In this document: in pieces, positions 29,905 to 39,353 of the stretch
Layout of the letters: each line of letters starts with the position of its first letter
Numbering within the stretch: position 1 is the first letter of the stretch
Assembly: GCA_963706575.1 (NCBI GenBank)
Contig: CAVPNL010000015.1
Location: forward strand, 256,001-320,000
DNA from: an uncultured delta proteobacterium
Lineage (GTDB): Bacteria > Desulfobacterota > Desulfobacteria > Desulfobacterales > JAHEIW01
DNA: 64,000 bases
Direction: 5' to 3'
The notes under the pieces: generated by a model
Seen by the model: only the letters and a program-made list of their open reading frames with translations
Database searches by the model: none
What the model was told of the DNA's origin: nothing
Translations under genes and position numbers: made by a program

Positions 29905-30522
29905 ATGATGAAAAAAAAATCAACCTTTAAAGCATTTCTATTATTTCTGATCCTGCCCGTTTTGGGATTGGTTGCATTCAGTTTTTTGGAAATTGATCTT
30001 TTTGCAAAAACCGAAACCCAGGAACTGGACCGGCTATTTCGTGATATGGGCGTGCTTGGATTTCCCTTTCCTACCGATCCTGTTGAAATTACGCTAAAAG
30101 ACCTAAACGGGCAGCAGGTCAGCCTTTCCGATTTTCGGGGCAAAATTGTGTTTATTAATTTTTGGACGACCTGGTGTCTGGCCTGCGTTATTGAAATGCC
30201 GTCGATGGAGAAATTACATCAGAAGTTTAAAGATAAAGATTTTGTAATGGTAGCCATAAATTTACAGGAATCAGCCTCAAAGATAAAACAATTTTACAAG
30301 GAATATAAGCTGACGTTCACAACCCTTTTGGACTCGACCGGCGATGTCGGTGCCGGGTTGGCAATACGCTCCATACCCACAACCTTTATTCTCGATAAGA
30401 ACGGGAGAATACTCGGCAAAGCTTTAGGACCGCGAGAGTGGGAAGGTAGAAAATCAATCGCTTTGTTTGAGTACCTGACGGACAGCTATGTTGCCAGCTC
30501 AAACTCGAGATCAACAAACTGA
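29905..30522 (+). CDS. TlpA/ResA-like thiol-disulfide oxidoreductase
   Basis: N-terminal anchor, NFWTTWCLAC..EMP, IPTT and GPREW. Confidence 0.9.
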   Translation: MMKKKSTFKAFLLFLILPVLGLVAFSFLEIDLFAKTETQELDRLFRDMGVLGFPFPTDPVEITLKDLNGQQVSLSDFRGKIVFINFWTTWCLACVIEMPSMEKLHQKFKDKDFVMVAINLQESASKIKQFYKEYKLTFTTLLDSTGDVGAGLAIRSIPTTFILDKNGRILGKALGPREWEGRKSIALFEYLTDSYVASSNSRSTN

Positions 30523-30526
30523 TTTG

Positions 30527-30688
30527 AGTGTTGTGTCCCCGAAATATTGTCAAAAATATTTTTAAGTACTGAGGCATGCTATCCAACCGTCATTCCGGCG
30601 CAGGCGGGAATCCAGGCGTCTTTGATCTGGACTCCCGCCTGCGCGGGAGTGACAATCATTTTGTAACTTATTTGTAGGACGCAACACT
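30527..30688. mobile_element. Putative MITE shell enclosing a dRS3-like REP pair (30589-30653)
   Basis: Left end AGTGTTGTGTCCCCGAAATATTGTCAAAA versus right-end reverse complement AGTGTTGCGTCCTACAAATAAGTTACAAAA. Inside lies GTCATTCCGGCGCAGGCGGGAATCCAG...CTGGACTCCCGCCTGCGCGGGAGTGAC. Confidence 0.6.
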
Positions 30689-30720
30689 TGCATGCATTGC
30701 AGAAGTGATGACTGGAAAAA

Positions 30721-32646
30721 ATGGACAGAAAAAAAGCCTGGATTTTAATTATTTTGACTTTGGTCGTGGCAGTGGTCGTTCCGCTGTCTTTTCAATTATT
30801 CCCCAGCGAGATCCGCACCCACACCCTTTCACTGGAGGCCAAAAAGTACGGATATTCCCCATCAAGGATCATTGTAAATAAAGGCGATAAGATTGTTTTA
30901 AAACCCACCTCCCTTGATGCCACCCACGGTTTCCTGCTGGATGGACACCCGATTGAATTTATCATGAGAAAAGGCGCGGCCTTTCTCAAGTACACCTGGG
31001 AAGACGAGGGCGGCAAGCTTCAGGCAGACTGGGACAGGGTTTCTGAAGTCGAATTTGTGGCGGATAAAGCCGGCAAATTCACTTTTCGCTGCACCCAGAC
31101 CTGCGGAAACCTTCATCCTTTTATGACCGGCGAGTTGATTGTAAGGCCCAATACACCTTATTATCTTTTTATTTCCCTATCCATCTGGCTGGTGTTCAGC
31201 TTACTGGTCTATTTCCGAACGGATACCGGTTTTCGCTTTTCAGGCTTTCAACACATCAATCTTCTGGAAAAATTACCGTGGCTTAAAAAAATGGTAAAGC
31301 TACGCAGTTTTCAATTTCTGATTATTCTGCCCAATTTTGTCGTTTTTTATCTTTTCATTCTCAGCAGCCTTTGGGGCAGTCCGGTGGGTAACCGTAACAT
31401 TGCGATTATCTTTGTCTGGATTCTGTGGTGGTTTGTACTCAAGGCAATTATCGTTCCGCTGGGCGGCAGGATCTGGTGTATGGTATGCCCGTTGCCAGCA
31501 CCCGCCGAGTGGCTGAGTCGCAAAAGCTTCACAGCGGTTCGTTATATCGGGCAGCCTTTTAAAACGCTGCACCATCGGTTCCTCGGGTTGCAAAAGGACT
31601 GGCCCAAATTAATGGACAACATCTGGCTGCAAAATATCCTGTTTCTGGCGCTGATTTCTTTCGGTATTATTCTCATCACCCGACCGATAGCCACGGCATT
31701 GCTGTTTCTGATTATCCTGGTTGTGAGTTTGATGCTTGCGCTGATTTACCGGCGCCGGGTTTTTTGTCAGTACCTGTGTCCGGTGGGCGGATTTCTGGGC
31801 ACCTACTCCATGGCTTCGATGACCGAGCTCAGGGCTGTTGATTTTGATATGTGCAGAACACACAAAGAAAAGTCATGCTATGCCGGCGGGCCCGGCGGAT
31901 GGGCCTGTCCCTGGAAACAATATATCGGTACCATGAAGCGCAACAACTATTGCGGGTTATGCACGGAGTGCATTAAGAGCTGTCCCAAAGATAACGTTGG
32001 TATTTTTATCCGGCCTTTCGGCTCGGACCGTAAATTAAAAGGCTATGATGAAATGTTCAATGTGATCATCATGCTGGTGGTGGCCATCGTCTTTAGTGTG
32101 ACCATGTCGGGTCCCTGGAGCGTTATTAAAGATGCCGCCAACGTGACCGAAAGCAGACAAATTGTTCCCTTTCTAATTTATATTGCTTTAATCTGGATTT
32201 TAGCTCTTGGCGTGTTTCCTGGAATTTTTGCGCTTGTCGCCCGAGCAGCCAGGCGCGTTGCAGGGAGTCCGGCAAGCAACCGGACCGTTATTTTGCGGCT
32301 GGCGTACATGCTGATTCCCATCGGTATATTTGCCTGGATTGCATTCAGTTTGCCGATGCTGATGGTGAACTATGGTTATATCCTGAATGTACTGTCTGAT
32401 CCGCTGGGGTTGGGGTGGGATATTCTGGGGACTGCTGCTTTTCCTTTTCAACCTTTTTATCCCGAATCCATACCCGTCATCCAGGGGATCATACTGCTGT
32501 TCGGCCTATATTTCGGATTGAGCAGAGGATATTTAGGTTTAAAGGAGATTATAGCGGTTCCTGATGCAAGCGCCAAAGCGATGATTATTCCATCCATATT
32601 TGCGCTTTTAGTGATAAATATATTTTTAAAGCTTTATATGGGATAA
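30721..32646 (+). CDS. Fusion of a CuA cupredoxin domain and a NapH/NosR-like polyferredoxin membrane protein
   Basis: DATHGF...CTQTCGNLHPFM (CuA); WCMVCP and FCQYLCP; CRTHKEKSC..ACPW..CGLCTECIKSCP; many TM helices. Confidence 0.85.
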   Translation: MDRKKAWILIILTLVVAVVVPLSFQLFPSEIRTHTLSLEAKKYGYSPSRIIVNKGDKIVLKPTSLDATHGFLLDGHPIEFIMRKGAAFLKYTWEDEGGKLQADWDRVSEVEFVADKAGKFTFRCTQTCGNLHPFMTGELIVRPNTPYYLFISLSIWLVFSLLVYFRTDTGFRFSGFQHINLLEKLPWLKKMVKLRSFQFLIILPNFVVFYLFILSSLWGSPVGNRNIAIIFVWILWWFVLKAIIVPLGGRIWCMVCPLPAPAEWLSRKSFTAVRYIGQPFKTLHHRFLGLQKDWPKLMDNIWLQNILFLALISFGIILITRPIATALLFLIILVVSLMLALIYRRRVFCQYLCPVGGFLGTYSMASMTELRAVDFDMCRTHKEKSCYAGGPGGWACPWKQYIGTMKRNNYCGLCTECIKSCPKDNVGIFIRPFGSDRKLKGYDEMFNVIIMLVVAIVFSVTMSGPWSVIKDAANVTESRQIVPFLIYIALIWILALGVFPGIFALVARAARRVAGSPASNRTVILRLAYMLIPIGIFAWIAFSLPMLMVNYGYILNVLSDPLGLGWDILGTAAFPFQPFYPESIPVIQGIILLFGLYFGLSRGYLGLKEIIAVPDASAKAMIIPSIFALLVINIFLKLYMG

Positions 32647-32681
32647 AATCATCAGATCATAGCCGTTTATGAAAAGCAGCT

Positions 32682-33299
32682 TCAGGTTTTAGACTGAACC
32701 CGGCCACACACCATATTTTTGGCTTCCTCCAGGCTGATTTTGCTCATGTTCAGCACCAGATGATAAAGGAAGGGATCATCATAGTCCGTTTTACCGAGTT
32801 TTTGATAAAGCGCTTTGCGTCGTTTGTCCTCACCTCTGACAACTTTGGCTGCGCGGCTCTCAGAAAGCTCATAATGTTGCTTCATGAAACGCACCCGGTT
32901 TTCGAACTCATCGATCATCAGGATGTGAAACGCATCGGGATGGTCATTTAAGATATACTGGCTGCCGCGGCCCAAAATGACCGCATTGCCTTCATCGGCG
33001 ACCTGGGCAATAATCAAGACCAGATAATCGAGATATATTTCTTCGTCAATATAACCGCGCTCATCCTTTAAAATACGGTCGACCAGCGGTTTGGAAACCA
33101 TTCGGGTAATAAATCTGGAGAGCTTGCCGCCGGCTTCATTCTCCACGGTTTCAACCCAGTGGGTGGAGACATTGGCCATTTCCGCAACCTTTGCAATAAT
33201 TTCGCTGTCGCCAAATTCATAACCCAGTTCATCCGCGATCATTTTCCCCAGCGTTTTGCCACCGGCGCCGTATTGTCTGGAAATGGTGATGACGGCCAT
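32682..33299 (-). CDS. Cytidylate kinase-like family protein
   Basis: VITISRQYGAGG, VILGRG and YHLVLN. Confidence 0.9.
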   Translation of the reverse strand: MAVITISRQYGAGGKTLGKMIADELGYEFGDSEIIAKVAEMANVSTHWVETVENEAGGKLSRFITRMVSKPLVDRILKDERGYIDEEIYLDYLVLIIAQVADEGNAVILGRGSQYILNDHPDAFHILMIDEFENRVRFMKQHYELSESRAAKVVRGEDKRRKALYQKLGKTDYDDPFLYHLVLNMSKISLEEAKNMVCGRVQSKT

Positions 33300-33337
33300 A
33301 AAATCCTCCTATTCGTAACTTTGGGCCTTCGTTCCAA

Positions 33338-33465
33338 TTGGAATGTTGGAAGAATGGAATACTGGAAGAATGGGTTTGGAATTGTGTGGTGATGGTTTTA
33401 TGGTAAAAATAGATAATATCCTTCATTAAACCAATATTCCATCATTCCACTATTCCATTATTCCA
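33338..33465. repeat. 8-bp periodic GGAAT/ATTCC hairpin repeat
   Basis: TGGAATGT-TGGAAGAA-TGGAATAC-TGGAAGAA ... ATTCCATC-ATTCCACT-ATTCCATT-ATTCCA. Confidence 0.85.
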
Positions 33466-33538
33466 GCTATAGGTCATATTTTTAGTACGTAAAATTTTTA
33501 CTTGTTGCCGCTTACATTATTAGCTTTCACTTACCGCT

Positions 33539-34423
33539 CTATTCCCCCCCTTTTTCAGGGGGAATCAGCAATGTTGGATAAATGGATTCTTCGGCAATTT
33601 TGCGGGGCGTGCTGCCGATAAATTTTTCAACCCAGGCTGCCTTGGCGGAAGAGCCTAAAACAATCATGCTTGCCTGACAGTCTTTAGCCGCCTTTTCAAT
33701 TTCTTCGTCCGGATCGCCGATGTAAACATGCTCTCTGGCTTTGATCCCGGATGCCTCAAAGCTTTCACAGATTTCTTCCAGTTTATCGCGGGCTTCTTTG
33801 CGTGTTTTTTGAATCGCCATTGCCGACGGGCCTTTTAACTCTTTCTCATCGGCGACATGCACCAGATGGACTTCCTGCACCGTGTCTTTTAAGATTTTTA
33901 AATATTCAACGGCCCGCAGGCTGCCGGGTGACCAGTCGATTGCCAGAAGGGGTCTTTCAAACGGCTCTTCAACTGAAATGGTTGTTTCCGAAAGTTGTTT
34001 GTATACCAGCACCGGGGTCCAGGCCCGGCGCAGCAGTTCGGTCACATCTGAGCCCGAATAGAGGTGTTCGAGCACTCCCTTGTGCGAGCGTCCGATGACA
34101 ATCAGATCAGCATCCTCTTTTTGGGTGGCTTTGATGACCTCCGGCACCAGGCTGCCGACCACGATATACACACCGACTTCCATCCCCTGCTCAAAAAGCG
34201 TTTCGGACCAATCAATAAAGCGAATATTGGCCGCCTCCCGCAGCCGAATCTCCTCATCTTTCTGGTAGCCCTTGCCTCTGCGCATGGCCACCCGATCCCT
34301 TTCGATAACGTTCACAAACACCACATGCTCCAAAGCGCTGTTTCTCAAAGTTAGCAGCGATCGTAAGGCATCGAAGCCCAGTTCCTCAAATTTGGTCACA
34401 AAAAGCAGTTTTTTAATTTCCAT
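33539..34423 (-). CDS. Tandem-domain universal stress protein
   Basis: ADLIVIGRSHKG..YSGS and MIVLGSS..FIGST USP motifs. Confidence 0.9.
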   Translation of the reverse strand: MEIKKLLFVTKFEELGFDALRSLLTLRNSALEHVVFVNVIERDRVAMRRGKGYQKDEEIRLREAANIRFIDWSETLFEQGMEVGVYIVVGSLVPEVIKATQKEDADLIVIGRSHKGVLEHLYSGSDVTELLRRAWTPVLVYKQLSETTISVEEPFERPLLAIDWSPGSLRAVEYLKILKDTVQEVHLVHVADEKELKGPSAMAIQKTRKEARDKLEEICESFEASGIKAREHVYIGDPDEEIEKAAKDCQASMIVLGSSAKAAWVEKFIGSTPRKIAEESIYPTLLIPPEKGGE

Positions 34424-34466
34424 GCGATTGACACCCCTTGCTCGATTATCAAAACATAACAGGAAT

Positions 34467-34859
34467 TCAGCCCAGCACTTTTTTGATCACATCCGCCAGC
34501 TCATCGGGTTCGACCGGCTTCTCCAGATAAATTTCCGGCTCCGGAATTTCCTCACCGCCAAATTCCGTTAAGGCCTTCTGGGATCTTAAAAATGTCTTTT
34601 TGGCAATCCCCGACAGGATGATGACTTTAAGGTCTTTTAAAGCCTTGGCGGTTTTCAGCTCCCGATATAAGCGCACCCCGCTCTGGCGCGGCATTAAGAC
34701 ATCAAGGATAATCAGATCCGGCTTTTCGGCTTTGATCATCTTCAGGCCGCTTTCACCATCCTCTGCCTCCAACGGCGTATAACCGTGTTCTTCCAAAACT
34801 GTCACACTAAACAGCCGCACATCCGGATCATCATCAACGACCAGAACTTTTTTACTCAT
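34467..34859 (-). CDS. Single-domain response regulator
   Basis: VLVVDDD, LDVLMP and EKP. Confidence 0.92.
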   Translation of the reverse strand: MSKKVLVVDDDPDVRLFSVTVLEEHGYTPLEAEDGESGLKMIKAEKPDLIILDVLMPRQSGVRLYRELKTAKALKDLKVIILSGIAKKTFLRSQKALTEFGGEEIPEPEIYLEKPVEPDELADVIKKVLG

Positions 34860-34892
34860 AATATGGATCCTCCTTGAGAAACTGGTTAAAAC

Positions 34893-35084
34893 CAGGTTTC
34901 AGGTTTCAGCGTTCAGGGTTCAGGGTTCAGCGTTTTTGGCCGCTGGTCCTTGGGTTTAGTCGATTCGTTAATTCGTCGATTGGTCAAATAGTTTAAAATG
35001 ATTGAATCCACTGACCAATTGACTATTCAACCAATCAACTTTTTAACTATCCCTTTTAACCCCTGAACCTTTGAACGTTGAACC
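34893..35084. repeat. Nested periodic hairpin: outer 7-bp GGTTCAG/CTGAACC arms, inner 8-bp ATTGGTCA-type arms
   Basis: CAGGTTT-CAGGTTT-CAGCGTT-CAGGGTT-CAGGGTT-CAGCGTT ... CCTGAACC-TTTGAACG-TTGAACC. Confidence 0.8.
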
Positions 35085-35109
35085 ATTCAACCCGGCGGCT
35101 TATACCTAA

Positions 35110-36633
35110 TCAGTCGCCTGTTTTCGTTAGCTTATACGGCAGCCGAACGGTAACCGTCGTGCCTTTGCCGGGTTTGGATTTGACATCTATGGTTCCGCTG
35201 TGCTCTTCAATCAGCTTGCGAGTGACCATCAAACCCAGACCGGTGCCGCGGTGCCCCTTGGTGCTGAAAAAAGAAGTAAAAAGCTTCTTGATAACCTCTT
35301 CGTCCATGCCGACGCCGTTGTCGCTGATCTCGAATCTGATAACGTTATCCTTTTCAATAACGGTTTTCAAGTCAACCTGGAAATTTTTGCTGGTGTCTTC
35401 ATCAAACAGGCAGCCGTCGACGGCATTGGACATCAGATTCAAAAGGACTTCATGCACGCTGTTGGGGTCCATTGAGACTTCACCGATCGCGTCGTCAAAA
35501 TGTTTGACCAGTTTAACATTGTTTTCCCGGGCCTTATCCTGCAGCAGCGTGCAAACATCATCGGCGATTTGATTGGGCAAACAGGCTTCGAATTCCGGCT
35601 GGCGTTCTTTGGAGTAGGACAGCAGATCCATCACCAGATTCGAGGTGCGGCTGATGTTGCGCTTGATCATATCCCAGCCCTTTTTAAGCTTTTCGGATTC
35701 GTCTCTTTTTATTCCAATATCCACCAGATAGCTGCCGCCCTTGAGTCCGTGCAAAATATTTTTAATCCCGTGCGCCAGCCCCGCGACCGTTTGGCCGATG
35801 GCGGCCAGGCGCTCGGATTTGAGCAATTCTTTTTCCAGACGTTTGATTTCCCTTAAATCCTGAAAAAAAGTCACCGTGCCCACCGGTTGGTTTTTTTCCT
35901 GCAAAATGGTGCTTGAACACCGAACCGGAATCGCTTCTCCATTTTTAGACTCGATGGCCGTCTCTCTCCAGGCCAGGTTTTTGACATTATTTTTCCCGTT
36001 TAGCGCGGCCTGCAGGTCAGCTGCCAGCTCGGCCGGAAATAAATCAGCGGCCTGCATTTTGTTGATCGTTTCAGCGGGGGTGTATCCGAAGATCTCTCTG
36101 GCGATGGGATTATAAATAACGATTTTTAGATCTTCGCCGGTAGCAATGATGCCATCATTGGAGCTGCGAATGAGTTTAATTTGAAAATTGGATCGTCTTC
36201 GCAGTTCCCGCGTGGCGTCGTTAACCTTTTTTTCAAGGTCGATCGTGTATTCTTTGAGTTGCTGCCGGATATCAAATTTTTCTCTGGCACGGCCCAGCGC
36301 AATCGCAAGGGCCTCATCTCGCACCGGCTTGTTAATAAAATCTGAAGCACCGTGCTTTAAGGCCTCTATGGCATTTTCAATGTCACCGTGACCGGTAATG
36401 ATGATTACCTCGGTGTCGGCGTTGAGCACCTTAATTTTTTTTAGAACTTCAATGCCGTCCATACCGGGCATTTTAATATCGGTGAGGACGATATCCGGTT
36501 TTTCTTTTTCAAAGGCTGCAATACCCTCGGGGCCGTTTTGCGCAGTGACCACGTGATAGCCGTCCGCTTTTAAGGACATTGACAGAACCCTCAGGATATC
36601 AGGCTCATCGTCGATCAGTAATAATTTATCCAT
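35110..36633 (-). CDS. Hybrid REC-PAS-histidine kinase
   Basis: IDDE, TDIKMP, PAS domain, H-box LAHGIKN, NAVD, DNGVG, FFSTK and GTGLGL. Confidence 0.93.
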   Translation of the reverse strand: MDKLLLIDDEPDILRVLSMSLKADGYHVVTAQNGPEGIAAFEKEKPDIVLTDIKMPGMDGIEVLKKIKVLNADTEVIIITGHGDIENAIEALKHGASDFINKPVRDEALAIALGRAREKFDIRQQLKEYTIDLEKKVNDATRELRRRSNFQIKLIRSSNDGIIATGEDLKIVIYNPIAREIFGYTPAETINKMQAADLFPAELAADLQAALNGKNNVKNLAWRETAIESKNGEAIPVRCSSTILQEKNQPVGTVTFFQDLREIKRLEKELLKSERLAAIGQTVAGLAHGIKNILHGLKGGSYLVDIGIKRDESEKLKKGWDMIKRNISRTSNLVMDLLSYSKERQPEFEACLPNQIADDVCTLLQDKARENNVKLVKHFDDAIGEVSMDPNSVHEVLLNLMSNAVDGCLFDEDTSKNFQVDLKTVIEKDNVIRFEISDNGVGMDEEVIKKLFTSFFSTKGHRGTGLGLMVTRKLIEEHSGTIDVKSKPGKGTTVTVRLPYKLTKTGD

Positions 36634-39168
36634 CGCTTTTATTGACTTCAGGCGCTTTCGGAAATGTTAAGGTAAAGGTGGTGCCTTTGCCAACCTCACT
36701 TTCAATCTCGATCGAGCCCTTGTAATCTTTGATAATCCCATAGCTGATACTAACACCCAGACCCGTACCTTTGCCGACTTTTTTGGTGGTATAGAAGGGC
36801 TCAAAAATTTTATTTTTAACTTCTTCGCTCATCCCAATCCCGGTATCGGTTACTTTAATGCAGGCATGGTTATTTTCAGCAAAAGATTTGATCGTCAAAC
36901 GCTTTTCTTTGTCGCTGATTTCCGGCCGATTGTCTTTTTCGTCCATGGCATCAATGGCATTGGATACCAGGTTGATAAACACCTGTTCCAGGCGGTTGTG
37001 CTCGGCCAGAATATCCGGAACCTCGGGATCCAGATCCAGCTCGACTTCTACATCGTGAACTTTTAACTGGTGTCCCAGGACTTTAAAGACATCATTGATG
37101 GGATCATTGATATTCACCCGGCTGCGGACCGGCTCGGATTGCCGGGCGAAATCCCGCACGTGCTTGATGACGCCGCTGGCGCGTTCGACACTGGTAACAA
37201 TATCATTGGCCATGGTCCTTAAGTCTTCATCTTCAATTTTTTGACCCCGGTTGAGCATCTTGAGAAAAAAATCGGCACAGACCTGGATCACATTCAACGG
37301 TTGATTGATTTCATGGGCCATCCCGGCGGCCATCACGCCTAAGCGTGGTCATTTTACCAGCCTGAATCAACTGGGTTTCTTTTTCGACCACTTCAGTAAT
37401 GTCGGTCGTCGCAGCAATAATTGCATCCGTTTCACCGTATTTTGCATAGCTCATATTGATGTTGACGTAAAACGGTTTGCCGCCTTTGCGGTAATGCTGT
37501 TTTTTGGTTAAAAGATGCGACTTGTCTTCGGAAAGGCTTTTTAAACTTTCAGCCAGCTCTGAATCGCTCTCAGCCCCCAGCTGCAGAAATGGGGTTCCTA
37601 ATAAATCTTCTCGTAAATAGCCATAGCTGTCCTGGGCCCGCTGGTTCATATCCAGAATGTTAAACGTTTGGGGATCGAGAATAAAAATCGGATGGGGGTC
37701 ACTGTTAAAAAGGGTGCGATATTTTTCTTCGGACTTGATATACTGGTCCTGTAAGACCGCATTTTCAATGGCAACACCGATGCGATTGCCAATCAGTTCA
37801 AGAACATCTTTATCTTTTAGCGAGAAGTGCCCCGGTTCTCTGCTGCCCACCTGAATAACACCCAGCACTTTGCCTTCCTTGCCGCTGATGGGGATATAGG
37901 CCAGAGAGAATAGCTTTTCCTGGGTTAAATGACAAAGCTCATCGATATAACCCTCCGATAGGTCATCGATAATTTTATATTCCTTTGCTTGAGCGGCCAT
38001 ATAGATGAAACTCGTATCATCGGCGACGATTAATTTTTTGGCAGCTTCCCAGGAAAGGCCGTAATTGTATCGCAGATGAAAATTTCCATCATCCTCCTTT
38101 AAATAGATGCAGAGGCCGTCAGCGGACAAGAAATGTTTAATTTCCTGGGCAGTTTGATGGATCCTGGCCTCGAGCGCATAAGAAGCATTCAAGGCGCTGT
38201 AAATGGAACAAAGCGTGCTCAGTTCCTGGGTGCGTTTTTCGCGTTCTTCCTCGGCCTTCTTATCTTCGGTCTTATCCCAGAGGGTTTCGATCGAACCGAC
38301 GATAGTGCCGTCCGGAGCCTTTATGGGAGCGGCCGTAAACAAGCACCATTTGCCGCTTTTCCCCAGACGCGGAAAAAACACTTCGGCCTCATAGGCTTCT
38401 TCAATCAACGTGGATTTGCGCCAGGTTTCGCCATAAAGCTTCTTTATTTCATCTTCGCCGATTTGATCCAGGATGACATCGGCCATGGTGGGACGTTCTT
38501 CACCCCAGAACGGTGTGGAGGATCTTGTGGTTCCCACCATTGTGTCGGCCCGAACACCGGTAAGTTTTTCCAGGGCTTTGTTCCAATGAGTGATGACGTG
38601 GTCTTTGTTGAGCACAAAGGTGGGGATGGTGCTGCCCCCGATGATTTGAGACAGGGCTTTTTCGCTTTCGATCAGCCCTTTTTCGATTTCGACGTAGCGC
38701 TCACTTCTTTCTTTGATCACACCTGCCAGGCGGTTGGCAAAACTTTCAAACAATTGATCAACTTTCGTTTCCTTGAGACTATTTATGCGCAACTCCTTTA
38801 GCGCAATCTTCTTTTCCGCTTCCACCTGCAATGAACTCCAAACGGTCCGGGCCATTACATGGTCAATCAGCTCAACACCGGCTGGTTTTTCTTTGTTGAT
38901 TATATTTCCAAACTCCACATCAGCGGTTAGCTCCATCAAAATCTGCAGGTCTTTTAAGTCATAAAGCTCATGATAATCAGCGGTGGTAAATATCCCCATC
39001 TGTTTTGCCAATACCCGCCCTTCAGCCTGGTCATTGACATCGGCAACGCCCAAAATCGTCGGATGGCAATCTTCAAAAGGCTCGCTGAACAGCAATTGCA
39101 GCAGATTTTTTGCAAAAGTTACCGCCGCCAACAATGGCGATATTGGATTTGAGCAGTTTGTCTAACAC
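36626..39168 (-). CDS. Large PAS-GAF-PAS histidine kinase, split by two +1 insertions (~39108 and ~37340)
   Basis: GTG at 39168 after GGGGGA gives LDKLLKSNIAIVGGGNFC, which joins KNLLQL across an A-run. AGKMTTL joins GVMAAGMAHEINQP after removing one base. HATPase N, G1, F and G2 boxes are present. Confidence 0.85.
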
Positions 39169-39201
39169 GTTCCCCCGCTAATTTTTTTTAGCTCCCTTTT
39201 T

Positions 39202-39285
39202 CACCACAAAGAGCACGAAGAAACACGAAGGTTTTTGTAAAATTTTTTAATCTTTTCACTTCGTGCCCTTCGTGAGATTCGTGGT
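39202..39285. repeat. CACGAA/TTCGTG periodic hairpin repeat
   Basis: ACCACAAAGAGCACGAAGAAACACGAAG ... CTTCGTGCCCTTCGTGAGATTCGTGGT. Confidence 0.8.
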
Positions 39286-39353
39286 AAAATTTAAATATTG
39301 TGAAATTAATTCCCTTCAATATCCTTTATGCCTTAAATAGATATCGAATCATT

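Noticed and set aside
36626..37336. Separate 236-aa histidine kinase
   Set aside because: It starts just before the H-box and joins the upstream PAS ORF when one base is removed.
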